This document shows, in pieces, positions 1-9,626 of a stretch of 64,000 bases of DNA (positions within the stretch are counted from its first letter, which is position 1; each line of letters opens with the position of its first letter). The notes beneath the pieces are model-generated. The model saw only the letters and a list, made by a program, of their open reading frames with translations, was not told where the DNA came from and made no database searches. The DNA is taken from contig JBBRLQ010000010.1 in NCBI GenBank assembly GCA_038231275.1, positions 64,001-128,000 on the forward strand. The letters run 5' to 3'. The position numbers and the translations under genes are program-made. This DNA comes from Polyangiales bacterium (GTDB taxonomy: Bacteria > Myxococcota_A > Polyangia > Polyangiales > Polyangiaceae).

Positions 1-1356
1 CGCGCCGGCGCCGAGGCGCTCGACGATCGCGTCCACTCCGTCGGTCGTCTCGGCCTTCGCGCCGAGCTCGCGCGCGAGCTTGACGAGGTCGAGGCGCTCC
101 GACTCCGGGACGTTCGCGCGGCCGAGCGGCGCGAAGAGGACGTGATCGGCGGCGTCGAACGCGTGGACGTACGCGTCCTGATGCAGATTCCGCACGGCCG
201 TCGCGCTGCGCGGCTCGAACACCGCCCACAACGCGCCCTCAGGGTGGCGCGATCGGAGGGCGCGAAGCGTCTCGTCGACCGCGGTCGGGTGGTGCGCGAA
301 ATCGTCGTAGACATGGATGCCGCGCGGCGTGCCAATGAGATCCTGCCGGCGACGAACGCCCTGGAAATTCGCGAGCGCCGTACGCGCGGTGGTCATCGGG
401 ACGCCGAACCCCTCGGCGCACGCGGCGATCGCAGCGACGGCGTTCCGGACGTTGTGGGCTCCGGGCACAGGCAACGCGAAGCGCCCGCACGACGTGCCAC
501 CGACGAAAAGATCGAAGAGCTGCCGCCCGTCCTCCACGATCGAGAGCGCGGCGAGCCACGTCGGGGTCACGTCGCCGGTCTCGTCGCCGTCGAGCGCGTA
601 GAACGACGTCCGCGCGAGCGAGCTCTCCTTCACGACGTGACGAGCCCGCGCGTCGTGCGCGTCGCACACCACGAGCCCGCCTTCGGGGACCGCCTTCAAG
701 AAGCGGTGGAACGCGTCCTCGTACGACGCGACGCTGGGGTAGATGTCGATGTGGTCGTACTCGCAGCTCGTCACGATCGCGACGTCGTCCGTGCCGACGC
801 CGATGTAATCGAGGAACTTGGGCTGCTTGTGCCAGTAGACGGCGTCGTACTCGTCCCCTTCGACCACGAATGGCGCGCGAACCGCCTTCGCGGAGAGGCT
901 CGCCTTCGCGCGGCCGATCGCGGCGCCGGAGGGCAGGTTCTTGGGGATGCCGCCGATGAACCACCCCGGCTCGAGGCTCGCGCAGTCGAGGATCCACGCC
1001 GCCATCGTGCTCGTCGTCGTCTTGCCGTGCGTGCCCGCCACGACGAGCGGGCGACGCTTCTCGAGGAAGTGCTCGCGCAGCGCGGCCGACATGCTCGTGC
1101 GCGCGAGGCCACGCTCTTCTGCGGCGCGCGCCTCGGGGTTGTCTTTGCGGATCGCGTTGCCGACGACGATGAGATCGCCGTCCACGTGCGAAGCGTCGTA
1201 GCCGACGAGGCACCGCACGCCCGCGTCCTTCAGCGCCGGGCCCATCGGAGGATCGAACGCCTGATCGGAGCCCGAGACCTCGTGCCCGGCGTCCCGGAAG
1301 AGCATCGCGAGCGAGCCCATCCCGGTGCCGCAGATGCCGACGAGGTGGACCTTCAT
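1..1356 (-). CDS. mpl: Murein peptide ligase (Mur ligase family), 3' end runs off the window
   Basis: Manual translation from ATG at 1356: MKVHLVGICGTGMGSLAMLFRDAGHEVSGSD, with GTHGKTTTS P-loop and VEGDEYD motif; start overlaps the ClpB stop (ATGA). Absent from ORF track because it is truncated. Confidence 0.85.
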   Translation of the reverse strand, partial: MKVHLVGICGTGMGSLAMLFRDAGHEVSGSDQAFDPPMGPALKDAGVRCLVGYDASHVDGDLIVVGNAIRKDNPEARAAEERGLARTSMSAALREHFLEKRRPLVVAGTHGKTTTSTMAAWILDCASLEPGWFIGGIPKNLPSGAAIGRAKASLSAKAVRAPFVVEGDEYDAVYWHKQPKFLDYIGVGTDDVAIVTSCEYDHIDIYPSVASYEDAFHRFLKAVPEGGLVVCDAHDARARHVVKESSLARTSFYALDGDETGDVTPTWLAALSIVEDGRQLFDLFVGGTSCGRFALPVPGAHNVRNAVAAIAACAEGFGVPMTTARTALANFQGVRRRQDLIGTPRGIHVYDDFAHHPTAVDETLRALRSRHPEGALWAVFEPRSATAVRNLHQDAYVHAFDAADHVLFAPLGRANVPESERLDLVKLARELGAKAETTDGVDAIVERLGAGA

Positions 1357-3944
1357 GCCTTCTCGAACGTGAATTCCTCGCCCTTCACGTCGACCTTCAC
1401 GACGCTGCCGGGGCCGTAGCCGCCGGCGAGGATCTCCTCGGCGAGCGGGTCCTGGAGCTTCTTCAAGATCGCGCGCTTGAGCGGCCGCGCGCCGAACGCG
1501 GGCTCGTAGCCCTGATCGACGAGCTGCATCTTCGCGGCGTCGGTGAGCAGCAGCTTGAGCTCGCGTCCTTCGAGCATCTTCTCGAGGCGCCTTAGCTGGA
1601 TGTCCACGATTCCCCGCAGATCTACCTTCGACAGCGGGCGGAAGATGATGATGTCGTCGATGCGGTTCAAGAACTCGGGGCGCAAGAAGTTCTTCAGCTC
1701 TTCACGCAGGACGTCGCGGAGCGCGTCGCGTCCTTCCTCCGACTCGAAGAGCTTCGCGTCGGTGTCGAGGATGCGCTTGCTGCCGATGTTGCTCGTCATG
1801 ATGACGACGGTGTTCGAAAAATCGGCGGTGCGGCCGCGGCCGTCGGTGAGGCGGCCGTCGTCCAAGACTTGCAAGAGCAGGTTGAAGACGTCCGTGTGCG
1901 CCTTCTCCACTTCGTCGAACAAGAGCACGCTGTAGGGCTTGCGACGCACGGCCTCGGTGAGAAATCCGCCTTGCTCGCTGTCGACGTACCCGGGAGGCGC
2001 GCCGACGAGGCGCTGCGCCATGTGCTTCTCCATGAACTCGCTCATGTCGAGGCGGGTCATGGATTGCTCGTCGTCGAAGAGGAACTCGGCGAGCGCCTTC
2101 GCGAGCTCGGTCTTGCCGACGCCGCTCGGGCCCAAGTAGAGAAAGCTTCCGATCGGCTTGCCCGGATCGCGAAGGCCCACGCGGCCGCGTCGCACCGCGC
2201 GTGAGACGGCGCGCACGGCCTCGGCCTGGCCGACGATGCGCTTGCTCAGGCGCTCTTCCATCTTGAGGAGCTTGTCGCTCTCGGCCTCGAGCATCTTGGT
2301 GATGGGGATGCCGGTCCAGTCGCCGAGCACGACGGCCACGTCCTCGTCGCTCACGATGTCGTTGCCGGTGGTGCTCGAGCCGTCCTTCTGGACCGCGGCC
2401 TCGGCGGCGTCGAGTCGGCGCTTCACGTCGGGGAGGGTCACGTGCTCGACCTCGCCCAGCTTGGCAAAGTCGTGCGACTTTCGCGCCTCGTCGAGTTGCG
2501 CCGTGAGCTTCTGGTGCTCCTCGCGCAGCGTCGCCACCGCGGCCTGCGCGCCTCTTCGCGAGTCGTGCTTCGCGCGCATCTCGGCGACGTTCGGCTCGAG
2601 CTGCGCGATCTCCTTCTCGATGCGCACCTTCGTCTTGACGCTCATCGCGTCGGCGTCGTTGGCCACCGCGGCGAGCTGCGCCTTCAGCGACGCGAGGCGC
2701 CGGATCGCGTCGTCGACCGCGGCCGGCACGCCGTCCATTTCGACGCGCTTGCGCGCCGCCGCTTCGTCGAGCAGATCGATCGCCGAGTCGGGGAGCGCGC
2801 GGTCCTGGACGTAGCGCTTGGCGAGGCGCACGGCCGCGACGACCGCTGGATCACCTATTTTTACCCGGTGCTGGGCCTCGTACTGCGTGGCGACGCCGCG
2901 CAAAATCTCGACCGCCTCGTCGACGGTGGCCGGCTCGATCGTGAGGATCGTGAACTGGCGGAGGAGCCCGGGATCGCGCTCGTTCAGCTTGCGGAGGCCG
3001 TCGGGCGTCGTCGTCGCGAGGAGGCGCACCTCGCCGCGCGCGAGCATCGGCTTCAGGAGCTCGCCCACGCCGCTGCCCGCCGCGCCCTGGCCGTAGAGCG
3101 ACTCGATGCCGCTGATGTAGAGGACCGCGTCGCCGCCTTTGTACGCGGTGACGACCTGCTTTACGCGCTCTTCGATCTCGCCGCGCAACTTGGCGCCGGC
3201 GATGAGCTGTCCGGTCTCGAGCTCGACGAAGTTGAGGCGCGAGAGGTTGTGCGGGACGTCACCGGCGGCGATGCGCATCGCGAGCGCGCCGACGATCGCG
3301 CCCTTGCCGACGCCGGGCTCGCCGACGAGGAGCGGGTGGTTCTTCTGGCGTCGCTCGAGGATTTGCAGGAGGCGGCGCACCTGCACGTCGCGGCCGATGA
3401 CGGGATCGAACCCGCCGCGGCGCGCGCGCTCGACGAGATCTTGCGTGTAGCGTGAGGCCACTTCACTGGCGCTCGTCGTCGTCGCGCCGTTCGCGTCGCG
3501 CGGCACGCTCTTCAGCGCGGCCATGTGCGGCCGGAACGAGCCGGGCCCGAGCGCGAACGCCTGGAGCACGACGGCGGCGGGGCCACGCAGCTCCTGCGAG
3601 AGTGCGTTCAAAAGGTGCTCGATGCCGACCGTCGATTTGTCCGCTTCTTTCTCGGCGCGGCCGAGCAGCGCGAGCATCCCGTTCGACAGGTACGCGAGAC
3701 CTCCGCTCGTCTTCGGCATGCGCCCGAGCTGCGTCTCGGACTCGGTCGCGACGTCCGAAGGCTCGGCGCCCGCCTTTCGAAATACCTCGGCCACGCCGCG
3801 ATCGCGATCGACCGCGCGCGCGAGGAGGTGGATGGGCTCGACCTGCGCGTGCTTGCGCTCGTCTGCCAGGGTCTGCGCCCCCGCGACCAGGGCTTTTGCC
3901 TCCGGCGCGTACCGCTCGAGGTGAATCGTCTGCTCCGCCGCCAT
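1353..3944 (-). CDS. clpB: ClpB-like AAA+ chaperone (Clp N-domain, degenerate NBD1, M-domain, intact NBD2)
   Basis: FDPVIGRD, LPDSAIDLLDEA, coiled-coil middle region, GPSGVGKTELAKALA, LLFDEVEKAH, RPEFLNRID, FGARPLKR. Confidence 0.9.
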   Translation of the reverse strand: MAAEQTIHLERYAPEAKALVAGAQTLADERKHAQVEPIHLLARAVDRDRGVAEVFRKAGAEPSDVATESETQLGRMPKTSGGLAYLSNGMLALLGRAEKEADKSTVGIEHLLNALSQELRGPAAVVLQAFALGPGSFRPHMAALKSVPRDANGATTTSASEVASRYTQDLVERARRGGFDPVIGRDVQVRRLLQILERRQKNHPLLVGEPGVGKGAIVGALAMRIAAGDVPHNLSRLNFVELETGQLIAGAKLRGEIEERVKQVVTAYKGGDAVLYISGIESLYGQGAAGSGVGELLKPMLARGEVRLLATTTPDGLRKLNERDPGLLRQFTILTIEPATVDEAVEILRGVATQYEAQHRVKIGDPAVVAAVRLAKRYVQDRALPDSAIDLLDEAAARKRVEMDGVPAAVDDAIRRLASLKAQLAAVANDADAMSVKTKVRIEKEIAQLEPNVAEMRAKHDSRRGAQAAVATLREEHQKLTAQLDEARKSHDFAKLGEVEHVTLPDVKRRLDAAEAAVQKDGSSTTGNDIVSDEDVAVVLGDWTGIPITKMLEAESDKLLKMEERLSKRIVGQAEAVRAVSRAVRRGRVGLRDPGKPIGSFLYLGPSGVGKTELAKALAEFLFDDEQSMTRLDMSEFMEKHMAQRLVGAPPGYVDSEQGGFLTEAVRRKPYSVLLFDEVEKAHTDVFNLLLQVLDDGRLTDGRGRTADFSNTVVIMTSNIGSKRILDTDAKLFESEEGRDALRDVLREELKNFLRPEFLNRIDDIIIFRPLSKVDLRGIVDIQLRRLEKMLEGRELKLLLTDAAKMQLVDQGYEPAFGARPLKRAILKKLQDPLAEEILAGGYGPGSVVKVDVKGEEFTFEKA

Positions 3945-3981
3945 GCAGCGGTGAGGCTACCACGCACCGCCGCGCGACGCG

Positions 3982-4995
3982 TCAGACGGCGTCGCGCCCG
4001 CCGCCTCCGAGCTTGGGGCCCACGAGCTGGACCACGGACTCCTCGAGCCGCCCCGAAATGCCCCGCAGGCTTGGCTCGCGCGTCTCGTCGTCGAGCGCTT
4101 TTCGCGCCGCGTCCTCGAACGTAGCCATCGGGACGTGACCGATGAGGCTCCAGTAACGGTCGTCGACAGGCATGAGATCCCCCGTGAACCCCAGGACGAG
4201 CTCGCGCGCGAGCGTGAAATCGGTGCGCGTGATGAGCTTGAGCCACCACGACGAGAGCGAGACGCTCAAGAAGGGCACTTGGAGGCTCGGCACCCGCCTG
4301 CCGCGGATCGCGGCGATGCGCCGGAGAATGTCGCGACCCGTCAGCGTCTCCACGCCCGGGATGTCGTACCAAGCGCTGGTAGGGAGCGGGAGATCGAGGG
4401 CTCGCACGAGCCCCACGATCACGTCGTCGAGCGCGACGGGCCGGGTGCGCGCCTTGGTCCACGCCGGCAGGAGCATGGCGGGAAGACGCAGCGCGAGGTC
4501 GCGCACGATTTGCCAGGACGCACCGCCACACCCGACGATCATCGAAGCGCGAAGCTCGAGGGTCGGTACGGCGCCGTCTCGAAGGGCGTTCCCTACGTGG
4601 AGCCTGCTCTGGAGGTGCTCGGAGGCTTTGCCCTCCGGCGCCACGCCGCCGAGGTATACGATGCGCGAGAGCCCCGCGCGCGCGGCGCCGTCGCGGAACC
4701 GAAGCGCTGCGCTTCGCTCTTTCTCCGCGTAGTCCGGCCGTCCGCTCCCCATGCCGTGCACGAGGAAAAAGGCCGCGTCGACGCCGTCCATCGCGCGCTC
4801 CACATCGGCGTCGGCGTCGACGTCGCAGCGGAGCCACTCGACGCCGGCCGAGCTCGGCGGGGGAGGAGAGGCGCGTGTGACGGCGCGGACCGCATATCCC
4901 GCCTCGGCCAGCGCGGGGACGAGCGCGCGTCCGACGAAGCCGGTGGCCCCCGTGACGAGAACGCGCGCGATGGACCTGGTCATGCTCTGAACCAT
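3982..4995 (-). CDS. NAD-dependent epimerase/dehydratase (atypical SDR, YbjT-like)
   Basis: VLVTGATGFVG Rossmann motif, RIVYLGG, HLQSR; start moved to ATG 4995 (or 4983). Confidence 0.85.
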   Translation of the reverse strand: MVQSMTRSIARVLVTGATGFVGRALVPALAEAGYAVRAVTRASPPPPSSAGVEWLRCDVDADADVERAMDGVDAAFFLVHGMGSGRPDYAEKERSAALRFRDGAARAGLSRIVYLGGVAPEGKASEHLQSRLHVGNALRDGAVPTLELRASMIVGCGGASWQIVRDLALRLPAMLLPAWTKARTRPVALDDVIVGLVRALDLPLPTSAWYDIPGVETLTGRDILRRIAAIRGRRVPSLQVPFLSVSLSSWWLKLITRTDFTLARELVLGFTGDLMPVDDRYWSLIGHVPMATFEDAARKALDDETREPSLRGISGRLEESVVQLVGPKLGGGGRDAV

Positions 4996-5020
4996 CGCAC
5001 GTTCCGTGCCTCTGCGAGCG

Positions 5021-5479
5021 CTACAGCACCTTCTCGTACTCGTTGTCTTCCCATTCGTTGTCGAGCTCGCGCACGAGAACGAAGCCGCTGCGCTCGTAGA
5101 GCCGTCGCGCCCGCGTGAAGCGGCGCGACGAATCGAGCCAGATCTTCGCGTATCCGCACCTACGAGCGAACGCCTCGGCATGCTCGAACAGCGCCCCTCC
5201 CACGCCGGTGCCGCGCGCGGCCGGCAGGACGTAGAGCCGCTTCAGCTCACCCGTGCCCGCCTCTTTTGGGCGAAGCCCGACGGTGCCGACGACCACCCCG
5301 TCGACCACGGCGATCCAAAACCCGGCGCCTTCTCCCTCGTAGCGCTCGCGGATTGTCTCGAGGTCGCGCCGCAGCCCTCCGACGTCGAACGCAAATCCGT
5401 ACTCGCCGAGCACGGTCTCGACGATCGCGAGCACCGCAGGAAGATCGCGATCCTCGTAGTCGCGGATCTGCACCGGCAT
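5021..5479 (-). CDS. GNAT family N-acetyltransferase
   Basis: ELKRLYVLPAARGTGVG motif A; ARRLYERSGF. Confidence 0.9.
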   Translation of the reverse strand: MPVQIRDYEDRDLPAVLAIVETVLGEYGFAFDVGGLRRDLETIRERYEGEGAGFWIAVVDGVVVGTVGLRPKEAGTGELKRLYVLPAARGTGVGGALFEHAEAFARRCGYAKIWLDSSRRFTRARRLYERSGFVLVRELDNEWEDNEYEKVL

Positions 5480-5482
5480 CTT

Positions 5483-7867
5483 CTACCTCGCGCGACGACG
5501 ACGCCAAAGCCCGACGAGCCCGACGAGCCCGACGGCCACGAGCGCGCCCGACGGATTCGCGGGCGTGCCGACGACGCGGCAACCGCACCCGCTGCTGCTG
5601 CTCCCGCCGTTGGCTCCGTCGCCGGTTCCTGCATCGTTCCCGCCGCCGCCGCCGGGCGCGTTGGCGTCACCGCCTCCTCCTCCGCCACCACCACCACCAC
5701 CGCCGCCGCCGTCCGCGCCGCCGTCACCGAGGGCCCCGACGCACTGGTTTCCCACGCACGTTGCGTCGGCCGCGCACGTGCCGCAGCTCACCGTTCCTCC
5801 GCAGCCGTTCGTGATCGTTCCGCACGTCTGTCCAGCCCCGCACTTGGTGACCGGCACGCACCCGCCGACCGTGAGCTGCGCCGACGTCGCGTGCACCGCG
5901 GACGGCGCTTTGCCGATGACGAGGAACGTCGCAGGCGCCGCCGTCACCGGCGCCGCCGCCGACGCGGTGAGCGTGAGGACGGACGTGGCCCCGGCGGTCA
6001 CGCTCGTCGGCACGAACGCCGCGGTGACTCCGCTCGGGAGATCTTGCACGTTGAGCGCGATCGACTCCGCGGCGCCGGCGGCCGCCGTCGTCGTCACCGT
6101 GTACGTGACCTGCGCGCCGAGGCCGACCGACTGTGCAGGCGGCGCGAGGGCGAGCGAGAACTCGCTCGCGCCGCAGCTCGGGAATTTCACGGTCGCGACC
6201 TGCGTGTCCCACGTCGACGTCCCGGAGGTCGCGTAGAGCTCCGTCGTGTACCAGAAGGTGCAGTCGTCGACGGGGTCGACGGTCATGTTGCTGTAGTCGC
6301 CCCAGCGGCTCGCGCCGTTCTCGCCGGCGGTCCCGGTGTCGAACGTCGTCTCGCCTTGCCCCATCGTCCCCGCCGGATCGCCGACGAGCCGTCCTGTCCA
6401 CGCGATCGACGGCTTGAGCGTCGTGCTCGCGATCGAGAAGCCGAGCGCGAGGTTCTGCGCCTGATCCTGCGCGATGCTCCCCATCCATCGCCACTTGGCG
6501 TCGGCGGGCGCGTACGTCCCCGATTGAAAGAGCGCCGGCGTCCCGTTGGGCGAGCGGATCTCGTACCAGCGAACGCCGCCGGTGGTCCCCGCGACGACAG
6601 AGTGGTTCACGACGAGCGAGTCGTGCGTCCCGAAGTTGCGGTACGCGAGGCGGAACATGAGGCGGTCGCCGAGCGAGTCGAGGTTCGCTCCGCCGCCTTG
6701 TGGAATGCAGGTCCCCGTGGCCTCGCACGTCTGCGTGTACGCGGTGATCGGCACCGCCGTCGGCCCCGTCAGCGTGCTGTTCGCCGGCGTCAGGAAGTCG
6801 GCGTGCAGCTTCCACATCTGGAGCGCGGGGATGAAGTTGCCCTGCGCGTCCTCGCCGAGCTGCATGAAGATTCCGGGCGACGCGGCGGGCGGCGGGATCT
6901 TCCCGTCCAAGCTCGCCGGCAGCGCGCTGTAGACCGTGGAGCCTTGCGGGAAGCACTGCTGCGTCGCGGGCGCGCCCTTCAGCATCGCGACGCGATCGTA
7001 CGCGCACAGCTCGGCGCCGACGTACTGCGCGTCGAACCCGTTGAACGCCGCGTAGTACGCGTCGGGCCACACGCCGAACTTTCCGTAGTCGTTGACGTCG
7101 AACGGGTACTTGTAGTCGTAGAGCCAGTACGCGCCGGTCGGATCGGCGGTCTTCGACACGGCGACGCACTGGAACGACGGCGCCTTCGCGTTGGGGAGCG
7201 AGAACTGCGTGATGAACCACCGGTCGGCGAGCGGATCGTAGACGACCACGGGATCGCCGTCGTTCTGCACCGCGCAGGAGTTGCCCGCGTTGGTGCCCGC
7301 GTAGCCGGTCCACAGCTCGTTCAAGAGCCTCGACGCCCCCGCGAGGGTGCCGTTCTTGTTCCAGACGGCGACGCCGCCGTTGACGGTCTGGACATAGTGA
7401 TTCGGTCCGACCGCGCCGTTGGTGTCGGGAGGCGTGCCGGTGACGGTGGCCTTCGACGTCGCGTTGCCCTGGCCCTTGAAGCTCAGGATCGCGTTCGGCA
7501 TGTTCGTGATGGGCAGGCTCGACTGGAGCAGCGGATCGGGCGTCGCGCTCGCGGGTCGCGTCGTGCGCGGCTTGTAGCGGACCTCGTGCTCGACCTCGGG
7601 GGCGGCGCCGGTCGAAGGCGGCAGCGAACGGAGGGGGAGCGAGCTCTCCGCGTGCGCGACCTCGACGCGCGGCGCACGCTGTACGATCGCGCGCGACGAG
7701 TCCGACGTGAGGGACGCGCTGGCGCTCGAGACGCTGACGCCCGAGCCCGCGTCGCCGCTGCCGTAGTCGGTGCTCGGTGGTCCGCTCGAACACGCGGCGA
7801 GCGCAGCTGCGAGCACGAAGAGGAGGGGCCGCGCGAGCAGGCCATCGGAGCGTTCGGGGCGGCGCAT
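5483..7867 (-). CDS. Secreted lipoprotein with C-terminal MYXO-CTERM sorting signal
   Basis: Lipobox ALAAC; PPDTNGAVGPNHYVQTVN and RWGDYS motifs; Cys-rich repeat, poly-Gly linker, then SSSGCGC + hydrophobic helix + RRRRAR. Confidence 0.8.
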   Translation of the reverse strand: MRRPERSDGLLARPLLFVLAAALAACSSGPPSTDYGSGDAGSGVSVSSASASLTSDSSRAIVQRAPRVEVAHAESSLPLRSLPPSTGAAPEVEHEVRYKPRTTRPASATPDPLLQSSLPITNMPNAILSFKGQGNATSKATVTGTPPDTNGAVGPNHYVQTVNGGVAVWNKNGTLAGASRLLNELWTGYAGTNAGNSCAVQNDGDPVVVYDPLADRWFITQFSLPNAKAPSFQCVAVSKTADPTGAYWLYDYKYPFDVNDYGKFGVWPDAYYAAFNGFDAQYVGAELCAYDRVAMLKGAPATQQCFPQGSTVYSALPASLDGKIPPPAASPGIFMQLGEDAQGNFIPALQMWKLHADFLTPANSTLTGPTAVPITAYTQTCEATGTCIPQGGGANLDSLGDRLMFRLAYRNFGTHDSLVVNHSVVAGTTGGVRWYEIRSPNGTPALFQSGTYAPADAKWRWMGSIAQDQAQNLALGFSIASTTLKPSIAWTGRLVGDPAGTMGQGETTFDTGTAGENGASRWGDYSNMTVDPVDDCTFWYTTELYATSGTSTWDTQVATVKFPSCGASEFSLALAPPAQSVGLGAQVTYTVTTTAAAGAAESIALNVQDLPSGVTAAFVPTSVTAGATSVLTLTASAAAPVTAAPATFLVIGKAPSAVHATSAQLTVGGCVPVTKCGAGQTCGTITNGCGGTVSCGTCAADATCVGNQCVGALGDGGADGGGGGGGGGGGGGGDANAPGGGGGNDAGTGDGANGGSSSSGCGCRVVGTPANPSGALVAVGLVGLVGLWRRRRAR

Positions 7868-7949
7868 GCGGTCACGGTAGCCGACGAGGCCCGCAGGCGC
7901 CCGCCACTTCTCCGCGAGCGCAGACGAATGCGGTTGTATCGTCGACGGC

Positions 7950-8537
7950 GTGTCCGCTCCGCGTGTCGGCGAGAAAATTTCCAGCGACGTTGCGCGCGCG
8001 CGCGTGCTCGATCGCGCCGGCGTGGAGCACGCGCTCGGTGACGAGTGGAAGAGCGGACCGTGCCTGCTCGTCTTCTTGCGTCACTTCGGATGCGTCGGCT
8101 GCAGCGAGCACGTGACGGCGCTCTCCCCGCGCCTCCTGGAGCTCGCGGCTCTCGACGTTCGCGCGGTATTCATCGGCAACGGCGCGCCGTCCATGATCGA
8201 TGGCTTCGTCGAGCGGCAAGCCCTGGCCGACAAGAAAGTCACGCTGCTGACGGATCCGTCTCTCACGGCGTACCGTGCCGCAGGCTTCGCGCGATCGAAG
8301 TGGTCCACGCTCGGCCCGCGCGCGCTCGTCGACTCCGCGCGCGCGCTCCTCGCTGGCCACCCGCACCTCAGCGTCCAAGGCGACGCGTTCCAGCAGGGCG
8401 GTACGTTGCTGGTCGATCGCGACGGCGTCGTTTGTTTCTTCCATCAAGCCACGAGCCTCGGCGACCACCCGAGCCCGTCGGATGTCGTCGACTCTGCGAT
8501 GCGCGTCCGCGCGCGCGAGAGCCAATACATCGTCTAG
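7950..8537 (+). CDS. Peroxiredoxin-like AhpC/TSA-type (PRXL2-like) redox protein
   Basis: LVFLRHFGCVGC (CxxC), LLTDPSLTAY, GDAFQQGGTLLV, DHP. Confidence 0.8.
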   Translation: MSAPRVGEKISSDVARARVLDRAGVEHALGDEWKSGPCLLVFLRHFGCVGCSEHVTALSPRLLELAALDVRAVFIGNGAPSMIDGFVERQALADKKVTLLTDPSLTAYRAAGFARSKWSTLGPRALVDSARALLAGHPHLSVQGDAFQQGGTLLVDRDGVVCFFHQATSLGDHPSPSDVVDSAMRVRARESQYIV

Positions 8538-8548
8538 AGGAGAACTCC

Positions 8549-9181
8549 ATGTCGGTCTGGCTGCACGTCGCCAACGCGCTCTACCTCCTCTCCTACTCGG
8601 TGAAGGACATCCTCTGGCTCCGCCTCCTCACGGTCGTTGCCGGCGGGATCCTCCTCGGGCAGCTCCTCGCGGCGTCGGAGCCGAGCCAGGCCGCGATCGC
8701 GTGGAACGTGCTCTTCACGATCATCAACGTCTACCGCATCGTGCTCCTCGTCCTCGAGCGGCGGCCGGTGCGCTTCAAGGAGGACGAGCAGCGCCTCTAC
8801 CAGCTCGTCTTCCGCTCGCTCACGCCGCGCGAGTTCGTGAAGCTCGTCGCGATCGGCGCATGGGAAGAGACACCCGCCGCGCTCCGGATCGTCACGAGGG
8901 GAGAGGACCTCGACCGCATCCGCGTCGTCTACTCGGGCCGCACCGAAGTGCAGATCGACGGGCGCACGATCACGTCGCTCGGCGAAGGAAAGTTCATCGG
9001 CGAGATGAGCTTCGTCACCGGCGACAAGCCGACCGCCGACGTCGTCGCCGTCGAGCCCACGCGCGTCCTCGCGTGGCAAAAGGACAGGTTGAAGACGTTC
9101 CTCGCCGACAACCCGGACCTTCGCGCGGCGCTCCAGCTCGTCATCGGGACGGATCTCGTGGGGAAGCTCCGCGCGGGCTGA
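8549..9181 (+). CDS. Popeye-domain-like membrane protein with cyclic-nucleotide-binding domain
   Basis: RBS GAGGAG before ATG 8549; three N-terminal hydrophobic segments (ANALYLLSYSVKDILWLR, WNVLFTIINVY); LYQLVFRSLTPREF; cNMP signature FIGEMSF..TADVVA. Confidence 0.8.
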   Translation: MSVWLHVANALYLLSYSVKDILWLRLLTVVAGGILLGQLLAASEPSQAAIAWNVLFTIINVYRIVLLVLERRPVRFKEDEQRLYQLVFRSLTPREFVKLVAIGAWEETPAALRIVTRGEDLDRIRVVYSGRTEVQIDGRTITSLGEGKFIGEMSFVTGDKPTADVVAVEPTRVLAWQKDRLKTFLADNPDLRAALQLVIGTDLVGKLRAG

Positions 9182-9252
9182 AGCGTGGAGGAGCCCGCCT
9201 CGCAAGCCACTTGCGAACCCTCCGCCGCGTGCGCACCATCAGACTGGGTGTC

Positions 9253-9522
9253 ATGTCCACGCGCGTTCGGATGTACTCGACGACGTACTGCGGTTATTGC
9301 TTCCTCGCCAAGCGTCTCCTCCGCGCGCGCGGCATCCCGTTCGAAGAGATCGACGTGACCCGCGATCGCGAGGCGCGCGCGCGGGTGGTCGCCGAGACGG
9401 GGCATCGCACGGTGCCGGTCATCTTCATCGACGATCGGTTCATCGGCGGCTCGGACGAGCTCCACGACCTCGATCGCGCCGGCGAGCTGGAAGTCTTGAG
9501 AGCAGGGACGCCCCCAGCATAA
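9253..9522 (+). CDS. grxC: Glutaredoxin 3
   Basis: MYSTTYCGYC, TVPVIFIDDRFIGGSDEL; true start ATG 9253 inside the 8275..9522 ORF. Confidence 0.85.
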   Translation: MSTRVRMYSTTYCGYCFLAKRLLRARGIPFEEIDVTRDREARARVVAETGHRTVPVIFIDDRFIGGSDELHDLDRAGELEVLRAGTPPA

Positions 9523-9626
9523 AGGCAGCCTCGCGGCGCAAAACCCGCGCCGTACGTGGTCTCTCGTCCTACCCCGTTCCGTGCCGTCCTTGAGGCTCCC
9601 TTGCGCGGGGGGTATCGTGAAGGACG

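Noticed and set aside
5006..8041. Very long alternative-frame ORFs (for example 1011 aa at 5006..8041 +, 921 aa at 48340..51105 -, 809 aa at 20970..23399 -)
   Set aside because: Arg/Ala-rich antisense or off-frame shadows of real genes, expected in high-GC DNA; no recognisable motifs.
7950..8537. PRXL2-like gene and glutaredoxin as additional selenoproteins
   Set aside because: Both CxxC motifs are encoded by Cys codons with no in-frame TGA.
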